Assembly (NCBI RefSeq): GCF_008000775.2
Contig: NZ_CP042905.2
Span: forward strand, 1,350,001-1,382,000
Direction: 5' to 3'
Length of the DNA: 32,000 nt
Origin: Promethearchaeum syntrophicum
GTDB taxonomy: Archaea > Asgardarchaeota > Lokiarchaeia > Sigyniarchaeales > Promethearchaeaceae
Positions 16,909 to 25,858 of the stretch are shown piece after piece. A program made the translations under genes and the position numbers. Position 1 is the stretch's first letter, and every line of letters starts with the position of its first letter. The notes under the pieces are model-generated. The model worked only from the letters and a program-made list of their open reading frames with translations, was not told the DNA's origin and ran no database searches.

Positions 16909-19809
16909 TTAGAAGGAAATATGTTTTTTTCTTGCAATTTTTCTTATATATTCAAATCCAAATAAAGCGGGTAGACATGCTATTAAGCAAATCACCCAAT
17001 CTCTAATATCTAAGAACATAAAATTAAAATTAAACATGGTTCCCAAATTTTGCCCTATAATCTCTTGGATACTAAGACTATAAATTCCTACTATTAAAAT
17101 TAAGAATGATGGAATATAGAATAAGAATTCCTTTTTATAATTAATATCGTGTAAAGAATCTTTTAGAGAATGATTGATGCGTCGGATTTGCAATGGCATT
17201 AATATAGATTCCAAAATAAAAAGTATAACAAATCCCATAGTTCTTGCTTTTATTTGAAATTGAGGAACATCGTTTGGAGATCCATTGTATCCAATTCCAG
17301 ATAAATTGAATTCACTTAATCCAATCGTTCCGTTTAAACATAAGTAATATACTATTATAATTGCTAATCCGATTAACAGCATTTGAACTAACATTATTTT
17401 TATTATATCCTTTGTAATTATCTCAGCAGAATCTCTTGGTTTTTCGTCCATAATAGTTTTTGATATATTTCCAAATGTAAAACCTAAAGATGGAAACAGA
17501 TGAGCGGTGACATACAAGATATTTAACTGCCCATAATCCCACATCTCGAAAAATGGATCATTAATATTTAATGTGGCGGAAAATAGAATAATAGCTTCCA
17601 TTACAGATACACAAACGAAGAAATATATAATGGTTCTAATTTTCATAAATAAGCTTCTTCCTTCTCTTATACCAGTTACGATTGTGCTGAAAGAGTCGTC
17701 AGTAATGACCATATCTGCAGCTTCTTTTGCAACTTCTGTTCCTTGAATTCCCATTGCTAAACCACAATCTGCCATGGATAGAGCCAGAGCATCATTTACT
17801 CCATCTCCGCTCATGGAAACAACTTTACCCATTTTTTGATAACGTTGTACAATTATTTGTTTATGTTCAGGAGAAACTCTTCCATAAACAGAAATTTTTG
17901 GAAATTCTTTCTCAGAAATACCTTCCAATTGATTTCCTTCTATTGCTAAATTTATTCCTTCATTATAAATGTCTAGTTTCTCCGCAATTGCTTTTCCTGT
18001 AGAGATACTATCACCGGTGATCATTATTACATTTATTCCTGCTTTTTTACAATCGGTAATAGCCTGGAAAACATCGTCGCGAGGTGGATCCAATATTACA
18101 ACAAATCCTAAAAATATTAGATCGGATTCAAATGTCTGTCTAGCGGTTTCACTCTCTAGATCTTGTTCAATCAGTGTTTCGTCAATAAGTCTATTTGTAA
18201 TAGTCAGAATCCTATATCCCTGTCCAGCATATAAATTCATATTTTCTAAGATTTTCGTTCTAATTTCTTCATTTATTGGTAAATTTTTACCTTCCAATTG
18301 ATATCGTGAACATAACGGTAGGATCCATTCTGTCGCTCCTTTGGTAAATAGGATTTTATTTCCATCTTTACTAAATAATTTACTCATTCTCTTTATAGAT
18401 GAATCAAAACTAAATTCGTGAATAAATTCATAAACTTTAATTTTATCATCAATATCGGATTTGTATTTTTTACCTAATACTTTCAAAGATGCTTCAGTGG
18501 GAAGTCCTATAATCGACCAAGATGTTTTTGTCTTGCTTTTTCCTAGAGTTCCTACAATTTTCTGATTTAACACGCAATTATTGTTTAAATATCCTGAAGA
18601 AATTAACATATCTAATTCGAAATTTTCAACTGGATTTGCTCTATTCCATGAATAATGCACAATTCCTTCTGGATCATAACCATAACCGGAGACCTCATAT
18701 TCTTTGGAAGCGGTCCAAATTTTTGTAATCGTCATCTCATTTTTTGTTAATGTTCCCGTTTTATCCGAACATACAACCGAAACCCTACCTAAACTTTCCG
18801 TACGAGATAATTCACGAACAATAACTCCCTTTTGGGCCATAACCAATACTCCCGTTAATAGGACAATTGTGGTTAATAAAGGTAAATTTATTGGCATAAC
18901 TTTCATACCTAAATCGATTGAAAGTATCATAGCATCGCGGAAACTATCCCAACTTAAACTTTCTAGACTTGATAATACAAAACTTTTCCAAATTATCGAG
19001 AATATCAATAAGATTAAGACACCGATTCCCAGATACTTTGCAACATGATTCATTTTATTACGTAAAGGAATTTCCCCTGTACTGCTCTCTTCAAGCATAG
19101 TCGAAATTTTCCCAATTTCGGTATGAGCCCCAGTATGTACAACAATTGCACTGCACTGTCCTAAAGCAACAAAAGTCCCAAAAAACATCATGTTTTTTTG
19201 ATCTTGTAAAGGAAGTTCTTCTTCATGATTTGGATTTAAATCTTGTGTCTTTTTTACTGGTTCTGATTCTCCTGTTAAACTTGATTCATCAATCGATAAA
19301 TTCATACACTCTAATATTCTACAATCTGCAGGAATTTTATCACCTGTTTTAACTTTTATTATATCTCCAACCACAACTTCATTTGTTGGTAAAACAGTTT
19401 CTTTTCCATCCCTAATTACAGTTGCGGAAGCTTCACTTAATTTTTTTAAGGCTTCCAATTGTTTTTCAGCTCGAAGTTGTTGAACAATAGCAACAATAGC
19501 ATTAAATCCCACAATAATAAAAGTTGGAACAGTTCTTTGAACTTCTCCTAACGCCCACATTGCCACTGCACTAAGAAGATAGATAATTATAAGTAAATTA
19601 ATAATTGGAGCTAAAATGACCTTAATTAATGATTTCTTGACTTTTTTTAATTCATTTGGACCATTTAATTCTAAAGATTTCAATGCTTGCTCTGAACTTA
19701 ATCCACGTTTTGGATCAATTGAAAATTCATTAAAGATTTCTTCTATCGGATAGTTATAATAAAAAATATTCTCTGGTTTTGGGATTGTAGGTTCTAGTGT
19801 GTTAGTCAT
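16909..19809 (-). CDS. P2-type (SERCA/PMCA-like) P-type ATPase with a non-canonical transport site
   Basis: 966 aa. Cation_ATPase_N-like start (GLSSEQALKSLELNGPNEL), LTGESEPV, CSDKTGTLT, KGATE, MITGDS, GDGVNDALAL, GTEVAKEAADMVITDDSFSTIV, and about 10 TM helices. Confidence 0.95.
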   Translation of the reverse strand: MTNTLEPTIPKPENIFYYNYPIEEIFNEFSIDPKRGLSSEQALKSLELNGPNELKKVKKSLIKVILAPIINLLIIIYLLSAVAMWALGEVQRTVPTFIIVGFNAIVAIVQQLRAEKQLEALKKLSEASATVIRDGKETVLPTNEVVVGDIIKVKTGDKIPADCRILECMNLSIDESSLTGESEPVKKTQDLNPNHEEELPLQDQKNMMFFGTFVALGQCSAIVVHTGAHTEIGKISTMLEESSTGEIPLRNKMNHVAKYLGIGVLILLIFSIIWKSFVLSSLESLSWDSFRDAMILSIDLGMKVMPINLPLLTTIVLLTGVLVMAQKGVIVRELSRTESLGRVSVVCSDKTGTLTKNEMTITKIWTASKEYEVSGYGYDPEGIVHYSWNRANPVENFELDMLISSGYLNNNCVLNQKIVGTLGKSKTKTSWSIIGLPTEASLKVLGKKYKSDIDDKIKVYEFIHEFSFDSSIKRMSKLFSKDGNKILFTKGATEWILPLCSRYQLEGKNLPINEEIRTKILENMNLYAGQGYRILTITNRLIDETLIEQDLESETARQTFESDLIFLGFVVILDPPRDDVFQAITDCKKAGINVIMITGDSISTGKAIAEKLDIYNEGINLAIEGNQLEGISEKEFPKISVYGRVSPEHKQIIVQRYQKMGKVVSMSGDGVNDALALSMADCGLAMGIQGTEVAKEAADMVITDDSFSTIVTGIREGRSLFMKIRTIIYFFVCVSVMEAIILFSATLNINDPFFEMWDYGQLNILYVTAHLFPSLGFTFGNISKTIMDEKPRDSAEIITKDIIKIMLVQMLLIGLAIIIVYYLCLNGTIGLSEFNLSGIGYNGSPNDVPQFQIKARTMGFVILFILESILMPLQIRRINHSLKDSLHDINYKKEFLFYIPSFLILIVGIYSLSIQEIIGQNLGTMFNFNFMFLDIRDWVICLIACLPALFGFEYIRKIARKKHISF

Positions 19810-19856
19810 TGAAGATCATCCATTTCTTTCCTTATCAGATCTTTTCGAATTATAAC

Positions 19857-20312
19857 TTAAGTTCTTTTATTTTTTTTCTTGGATTGATTTTTAATTTTCT
19901 CTTTAATTGCCGATGAGCTATGTAATTCGAATTTATCATATAATTTATCAAGCCTTCTCACTTGCACATGTTCGGAATTATATTTTTCTAATCCTTTTTT
20001 CAAATATTTAACACTAGTTCGTTGATTAGGTCCAAGAAATATAATATCTGGTTTTAAAGTTAAAGCAAATTGTAAATATCCATGATCTCCATTTCCCTCA
20101 CTTCCCAAAAAAGCATCAGTTACATATTTTATGGATTTGATTACTTCTAGTCTTTGTTGTTCAGGAATGATTGGTCTCTCATTTTTATATCTCTCAATAG
20201 TTGAATCACGAGCGATAATCACAATAACATCTCCTATTTCTGCAGCTTCTTTTAGGAGATGGATATGTCCTGGGTGAATTATATCAAAACAACCGGATAC
20301 TATTATTCTCAT
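19857..20312 (-). CDS. ribL: archaeal FAD synthase RibL-like cytidylyltransferase-family nucleotidyltransferase
   Basis: MRIIVSGCFDIIHPGHIHLLKEAAEIGD..VIIARDSTIERYK..RPIIPEQQRLEVIKSIKYV parallels the MJ1179 RibL pattern (GTFDILHPGH ... IVARD ... PIIPEEQR). About 150 aa with a Lys-rich tail. Confidence 0.7.
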   Translation of the reverse strand: MRIIVSGCFDIIHPGHIHLLKEAAEIGDVIVIIARDSTIERYKNERPIIPEQQRLEVIKSIKYVTDAFLGSEGNGDHGYLQFALTLKPDIIFLGPNQRTSVKYLKKGLEKYNSEHVQVRRLDKLYDKFELHSSSAIKEKIKNQSKKKNKRT

Positions 20313-20335
20313 TTAAATCTTCTCTCTTCATTTAT

Positions 20336-21427
20336 TTAGTTAAAAAATAGACTTCTATTTACTTCTACCCATTTTGTTAATTTCTTAATGCCAAGTTCTG
20401 GATTGATATTTGGTTTCCATCCTATATCAGAGTAAATCTTCGAAATTTCTGAAATGTATAATTTTTGATCTCCTAAACGCCAATTTGAAAATTCTGTTTT
20501 AAGTTTTTTTCCTAAAATCAATTCAAATTCTCTGACCAATTCAAGGAGCGAAATTGTATTATTAATTCCTCCTCCTATATTATAAACTCTTGACTTCTGA
20601 TTAAAGAGTTCGGGATTTAAATTTGAAGTTGATGATAGATATTTTTCAATTAAATTTGCTAAATCATCAATATATAAGATATCTCTAACTTGTTTTCCAT
20701 TTCCATATATTTGAATTGGCTTTCCACTAATAGCATTTAGAAACATGTAGGATATAAAACCTTGACCATGGATCCCAAACTGTTGATCTCCATAAATACA
20801 AGAAAGCCGAAAAACAGTGTTTTTCATATTATAAATCTGGCCAAATTCTTGTACATATAAATCTCCTGTTAATTTTGAGATACCATAGGGAGTATGGATA
20901 GAATGATCAATGGATAAAGTTTCGGTAAAACCATTGAAATTTTTTTCTTCTGGAATATAACGTGATTTTCCTTCAACTAAAGGAATTTTGCCCACATTAT
21001 TTCCATACACTTTGTTAGTTGAAAAATAAATAAAATCTGTTGCATTTTGACTTTCTTTAGCAGAATTTAATATATTAAACAATCCATCTACATTATTTTC
21101 AAAATCAACACGTGGATTTCTAATTGAATCAATCGCAGAAGTTTGACCTGCAGCATGAATTATTATTTCCGGCTGGAAAAATTGGAAGATCTTTACAATT
21201 TCCTCCCTGTTACGTATATCTTTTAAATATTTTTCAATTTTCGGATAATATTTATCTAAATAATCCCAATTGTAGTTTTTATCTGGTCTTTTTAAGGAAT
21301 TACCTGTAGTTGTATAAGGTCTTGATAGATTATCTAAAACTGCGATTTTATGGCCTTTTTGGGATAATTTTATCGCAAGATGATGACCAATAAAACCCAA
21401 ACCACCGGTAATTAATATTTTAGACAT
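20336..21427 (-). CDS. NAD-dependent nucleotide-sugar epimerase/dehydratase (extended SDR)
   Basis: Rossmann motif ILITGGLGFIGHHL and catalytic YGISK (YxxxK). Its length of 363 aa is similar to CDP-paratose-2-epimerase-like enzymes. Confidence 0.85.
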   Translation of the reverse strand: MSKILITGGLGFIGHHLAIKLSQKGHKIAVLDNLSRPYTTTGNSLKRPDKNYNWDYLDKYYPKIEKYLKDIRNREEIVKIFQFFQPEIIIHAAGQTSAIDSIRNPRVDFENNVDGLFNILNSAKESQNATDFIYFSTNKVYGNNVGKIPLVEGKSRYIPEEKNFNGFTETLSIDHSIHTPYGISKLTGDLYVQEFGQIYNMKNTVFRLSCIYGDQQFGIHGQGFISYMFLNAISGKPIQIYGNGKQVRDILYIDDLANLIEKYLSSTSNLNPELFNQKSRVYNIGGGINNTISLLELVREFELILGKKLKTEFSNWRLGDQKLYISEISKIYSDIGWKPNINPELGIKKLTKWVEVNRSLFFN

Positions 21428-21432
21428 TTTAA

Positions 21433-22083
<651 letters not shown>

Positions 22084-22160
22084 GAGAAATATAAATGCAG
22101 ACTAACAAAAAATTTTTGTTAAATTATATTTGTTTTCAAAGGTTATTCTTATTTAGAAAA

Positions 22161-22808
22161 ATGAAAGTTGCCCCATCAATTTTATCTGCAGATTTTAGTC
22201 GATTAGGTGAAGAAATTAATGCCATTGAAAATGGCGGCGCTGATTGGCTTCATCTAGATGTTATGGATGGAAATTTCGTTCCAAACCTCACATTTGGTCC
22301 TCCTGTAATCAAATGTCTACGTCCAAATACTTCATTGTTCTTTGATGTGCACTTAATGATATCTACACCAGAGACATTACTACAGGATTTCCTTGACGTT
22401 GGGGCCGATCTAATTACTATTCACTATGAAGCAACCCAAAAAATAGATGAGATTATTGAGATTATTAAAAAATCCGGTAAAAAAATTGGAATTTCGATTA
22501 AACCGAATACTCCAATTGGCACAATTAAGAATTTATTAGATAAAATCGATCTTATTCTTGTTATGTCTGTAGAACCCGGTTGGGGTGGACAGAAATTTAT
22601 GCCCGAAATGTTGGAAAAAGTCAAAAAATTAAAAGCTTGGAGAGATAACAATCCAGAAAATTATCATTATCTTATCGAAATTGATGGTGGAATTAATAAT
22701 GAAAATATTTTAGAAGTAAAAAAAGCTGGTGTTGATGTAGTAGTTGCTGGTTCTTATATATTTAAAAGAAGTAACTATAAAGCCGCAATTTCATCATTAC
22801 ATCAATGA
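22161..22808 (+). CDS. rpe: ribulose-phosphate 3-epimerase
   Basis: MKVAPSILSADFSRLGEEI, HLDVMDGNFVPNLTFG, MSVEPGWGGQKF and EIDGGIN. I placed the start at ATG 22161. The track start at 22095 adds 22 non-conserved residues. Confidence 0.95.
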   Translation: MKVAPSILSADFSRLGEEINAIENGGADWLHLDVMDGNFVPNLTFGPPVIKCLRPNTSLFFDVHLMISTPETLLQDFLDVGADLITIHYEATQKIDEIIEIIKKSGKKIGISIKPNTPIGTIKNLLDKIDLILVMSVEPGWGGQKFMPEMLEKVKKLKAWRDNNPENYHYLIEIDGGINNENILEVKKAGVDVVVAGSYIFKRSNYKAAISSLHQ

Positions 22809-22826
22809 AAAATTTTATTTAACCCC

Positions 22827-23378
22827 CTAAATCTCATTATTTTCGATTTTAAGCGCATTTTCATAACATCGTTTGGCTATTTCCATAAACATTTCTTCAA
22901 CGTTTAAACCTTCTTTTGCAGAGGTTTCTATATGAAATGCATCCAACCTTTCCGCTAAATCCTCTGCGTCTTCATAGGATACTCGCCTTTGGTCTTCAAG
23001 ATCTTTTTTGTTCCCAATAATTATCAATGGAATCGTGCCTGTTGCTTTCTTCAAAGAACTAATCCAACCTGGAAGTCGCAATAATGATTCGGGTTTTGTA
23101 ATGTCATAAACTCCTATTGCACCTTGGCTCCCTTTGAAATAAATGTTTCGCATACTGCTAAATTGTGCCTGCCCCCCAATATCCCAAAGCAATAACCTAA
23201 GTAGAACACCTTCCATTTCTATATCTTTTATAAGGAAATTTGTTCCTATTGTTTGTTTTAGATCTGTAGAGAAAGTTTTTTTAATGAATCTCAAAATAAG
23301 ACTGGTTTTTCCGACATTTTGGGAGCCGAAAAGGGGAATTTTGAATTTATACTGTTTTTTATTACTTTGATTACTAAT
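22827..23378 (-). CDS. Rab/Ras-like small GTPase; 5' end extended beyond the track ORF to include the P-loop
   Basis: The track ORF (22827..23294) has G2 TIGTNF, G3 WDIGGQ, G4 GNKKDL and G5 ETSAK but lacks G1. My translation upstream in the same frame gives ISNQSNKKQYKFKIPLFGSQNVGKTSLI, where G1 is GSQNVGKT. The frame is open back to the TAG at 23399-23397. There is no ATG/GTG/TTG upstream of the P-loop, so I propose a start at ATT 23378. Confidence 0.85.
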   Translation of the reverse strand: MSNQSNKKQYKFKIPLFGSQNVGKTSLILRFIKKTFSTDLKQTIGTNFLIKDIEMEGVLLRLLLWDIGGQAQFSSMRNIYFKGSQGAIGVYDITKPESLLRLPGWISSLKKATGTIPLIIIGNKKDLEDQRRVSYEDAEDLAERLDAFHIETSAKEGLNVEEMFMEIAKRCYENALKIENNEI

Positions 23379-23384
23379 TGAGAT

Positions 23385-23390
23385 CTCCTC
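23385..23390 (-). promoter_or_regulatory. Shine-Dalgarno-like GAGGAG, 6 nt upstream of the candidate ATT start of the GTPase
   Basis: The minus strand reads GAGGAG ATCTCA ATT. An identical GAGGAG plus 6 nt spacer precedes the ATG of the gelsolin-like gene (26572-26567, then ATG at 26560). Confidence 0.35.
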
Positions 23391-23521
23391 GAGAAGCTAT
23401 TAAAAAATTTAGTCTGAATATACTTTCATTTTTAGTATTATTAATGCTTCTAGTTTGGATAATCACTTTTAATAAAAAATAAATGATTATAAGAGATGCG
23501 GGAGACACATTATTCTTGATA

Positions 23522-23935
23522 ATGAATACTGACGGGAAAAAAAAAAAGGAGTTTTTAGGTCTAATTTTGTTAAATTTAAGTGGAATTTTATGCATAATAT
23601 CCGAGTTTATTCTTTGGACAAATGAGTTTAGTATATTTAACTTATTTCAGCTAGAAATAGCAAATAGTATTATTTATTTAATCCCGTTAGTTGGAGGTTT
23701 TGGAATACTCCTGAGCGCTTTAAATATTGCTATATTCAAACGAAAATCATATAAATTTTGGTATATCTTGTTGGTAATTATTTTAAATTTACTATTTTAC
23801 TTTTTGCTTGAAGTTTTCTCAAATCAAGGGGCATATCTTTGGAGATATATGGGAATCTATACAACAATTTCTGCATTACTATGTCTTCTTTTTGGAATTT
23901 TATTCCAAATTAATGCAAGAGCTGAAAATCCTTAG
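23522..23935 (+). CDS. small four-helix membrane protein, unknown function
   Basis: The protein has hydrophobic helices throughout. The start is uncertain: ATG 23522 is followed by an A11 tract at 23537-23547, while the track start at 23483 adds unlikely residues. Confidence 0.5.
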   Translation: MNTDGKKKKEFLGLILLNLSGILCIISEFILWTNEFSIFNLFQLEIANSIIYLIPLVGGFGILLSALNIAIFKRKSYKFWYILLVIILNLLFYFLLEVFSNQGAYLWRYMGIYTTISALLCLLFGILFQINARAENP

Positions 23936-23966
23936 AATTATTATGAAATATTTGTATGTGTAAAAA

Positions 23967-24896
23967 ATGATGGAAAATAAAGAAAATAAAAAATCCAATT
24001 TAAATTCAAATAATATAAAGAAAGAGGATAAAGATATACCACTAGATATTACTGAAGATCAATTCTATGTTGCTTTAGGTCATGAAATAAGAAGAAAAAT
24101 ATTAAAAATTATTGGTGATAATGGTATTTCAAGCTTTTCCACTTTTAAAAAACAAATCCAATCCAGTACAGGAACTATATATCATCATTTAGAAGTAATG
24201 AAAGAATTAATTATTCAAGATAAGAAAAAAAAATATCATCTAACTAATTTAGGAGAGCATGCTTATCAGATTTTAAGTAATAATATTGAATCTATTGAAA
24301 TTGTGGCCAAACAAGATGAAAAAACTGAGTTTAACAAAGAAAATAGGTTATATGATTATTTTTTACTTAAAAAGTTATTTGATTATTTCTCAAGTAATAC
24401 GAATAAAACCTTTTTAATTTCATTCGGGATTTTACTATTAATTGGTGTGTTAAGCGGAATAAATAACTTGCAAATATTTTTATTCTTTATTCGACAAGCC
24501 CAAGTTGGAGAACCATTATATTATTATTTTATTATGGATGCAATTACGATTTTTATCAGCTATTTTATTCTTATAACCACAACGGAGATTTTGAGTTATT
24601 TTATCTTTAACAACCATAATAACTGGAAAAAATTTCTCAATATCCTTTCAATTCCGTATATACCAATTCTTATTTACCTCGGAATTTATGCAATTTCAAA
24701 TTTGGTCTTCCCTACAATTAATCCTTTGTTCTTTGATATTTTATTGCTCCTTTTCCAGGTTTGGTCAATGATTTTATTAGCAAAAGCTATTTCAATTGTA
24801 AAACTTGTTAAATTTGAAAGAGGGTTATTATTGGCAATTTTAATTGATTATGGAACCTTTATGATTATGTTAATTATGAACAATCCATATCGATAA
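23967..24896 (+). CDS. ArsR-type winged-helix protein fused to a C-terminal polytopic membrane domain
   Basis: ALGHEIRRKILKIIGDNGISSFSTFKKQIQSSTGTIYHHLEVMKELIIQD...YHLTNLG is a typical ArsR/SmtB wHTH. Residues from about 150 to 309 form about five hydrophobic helices. Confidence 0.7.
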   Translation: MMENKENKKSNLNSNNIKKEDKDIPLDITEDQFYVALGHEIRRKILKIIGDNGISSFSTFKKQIQSSTGTIYHHLEVMKELIIQDKKKKYHLTNLGEHAYQILSNNIESIEIVAKQDEKTEFNKENRLYDYFLLKKLFDYFSSNTNKTFLISFGILLLIGVLSGINNLQIFLFFIRQAQVGEPLYYYFIMDAITIFISYFILITTTEILSYFIFNNHNNWKKFLNILSIPYIPILIYLGIYAISNLVFPTINPLFFDILLLLFQVWSMILLAKAISIVKLVKFERGLLLAILIDYGTFMIMLIMNNPYR

Positions 24897-24916
24897 GGGA
24901 ACTAAAATCATTAAAC

Positions 24917-24927
24917 AAAAAAAAAAA
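24917..24927 (-). terminator. oligo-T (T11 on the minus strand) just downstream of the longin-like gene
   Basis: The A11 run on the plus strand equals T11 on the minus strand. It lies 8-18 nt after the stop at 24935. Confidence 0.35.
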
Positions 24928-24934
24928 TAATATT

Positions 24935-25810
24935 TCAAGTTAAACTGATATGGACTATCTTTATTTCTTCTACATTATTAATTTCTTCTAATTTAGCTTT
25001 AGTTTCTGAAAAATCCGTTTTATCTAAGGGATTAAAATAGCCTTCGTAGATACACTGTCCTTTTTGTTGGCAAATTCCTGAAGTATAAAGAAATGGGAGC
25101 CCCATCTCTTGGAAAACTACACTGATCCTTTTTAATGTGTCTGGAGAAAGAGAACCATTAAAAATAACTGATATTTTTAAAACTTGCTTTTTTTCATAAG
25201 GCATAATATCGATTTTAAAATTTTCTTTTCGTTTTTGAAAGACTATAAAGAAATTTTTTCGTTTTTCAAGAAATACTTCTAAATCCCTTAGAATATTCTG
25301 TGGTAAGGCTAGTGATTTTTTTCGCCTCAAATCTTTAAATGGTAAAATTATTCCGTGGGTTTGGGCTTGAGTTATTTCAAAAAACTCTGAAAGTTCAAGA
25401 ATATTATTTGTAAGAAAATCGAATTCCTCATTAATTTCTGCTTCATAATTCAAAGGAGGATTGTTGATATATAACGCTTTATAAATCATTTTTCTTTCTT
25501 TTATAATTTGGATAAATTTTTTGAATTCAGTTTCATAGGCTGATAAATTTGGAGACTCTTCTTCAATAATCTTTGTTATCATTGCCATTTCTTGTTTTCC
25601 TCTTGCCCAAGCCGAGGGAAGCATAAAAAAATAATTGGCCGTATTTAATTCATTAGAAAATGCGTGTGTAAAGAAACCTGGTGTCGCGGCATCCATCAAT
25701 CGTTTAATTTGAGCTATATCATCTTCCGATATTATATCCTCAATATGTTGTGGGACACTATACAAAATGTCGGGACCTATTATTGGATTAAAATAAATAA
25801 ATAAGAGCAT
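24935..25810 (-). CDS. hypothetical protein: N-terminal longin-like (FLCN/DENN-type) domain plus C-terminal ACT-like domain (inferred)
   Basis: The beta-beta-alpha-beta-beta-beta-alpha pattern is read from the sequence: LLFIYF / DILYSV / EDDIAQIKRLMDA / GFFTHAF / ANYFFMLPS / EMAMITKII. The segment FFMLPSAWARGKQEMAMI resembles the F-x-F-x-D-S-x-ARG motif of folliculin/DENN longin domains. The C-terminus has a beta-alpha-beta-beta-alpha-beta pattern. The start is taken at ATG 25810; the track uses TTG 25822. The CDS is likely real, but the domain calls are tentative. Confidence 0.45.
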   Translation of the reverse strand: MLLFIYFNPIIGPDILYSVPQHIEDIISEDDIAQIKRLMDAATPGFFTHAFSNELNTANYFFMLPSAWARGKQEMAMITKIIEEESPNLSAYETEFKKFIQIIKERKMIYKALYINNPPLNYEAEINEEFDFLTNNILELSEFFEITQAQTHGIILPFKDLRRKKSLALPQNILRDLEVFLEKRKNFFIVFQKRKENFKIDIMPYEKKQVLKISVIFNGSLSPDTLKRISVVFQEMGLPFLYTSGICQQKGQCIYEGYFNPLDKTDFSETKAKLEEINNVEEIKIVHISLT

Positions 25811-25858
25811 TTTCTGAACCAAGCAATGATATTATGATAATAATTTGTTTTTTTTTCT

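Noticed and set aside
17727-19352. Five plus-strand ORFs of 68-114 aa (17727..18002, 17969..18301, 18522..18728, 18704..19048, 19146..19352) lie antisense to the P-type ATPase gene.
   Set aside because: All lie entirely inside a very well supported 966-aa CDS on the other strand. Their products are low-complexity (Leu/Phe/Ser/Ile-rich) with no recognisable motifs. Long antisense ORFs are expected by chance in AT-rich coding sequence.
22095-22160. The ORF track offers longer N-terminal extensions for rpe (22095). It does the same for ManC (30864, TTG), mptG (7154), the AIRS-related gene (7139, TTG), LMW-PTP (9076, TTG) and the longin-like gene (25822, TTG).
   Set aside because: In each case an internal ATG coincides with the conserved family N-terminus (for example MKVAPSILSADF and MKIVPVILAGG). 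The extensions are non-conserved or hydrophobic, or they create overlaps between divergent genes.
23374-23595. A 73-aa minus-strand ORF upstream of the GTPase gene could have been a frameshifted 5' exon or extension supplying a start codon.
   Set aside because: It is in a different frame and ends at a TAG at 23376-23374. Its sequence (MHKIPLKFNKIRPKNSFFFFPS...) is low-complexity and partly antisense to the four-TM gene. The GTPase N-terminus is already complete in its own frame, so no frameshift is needed.
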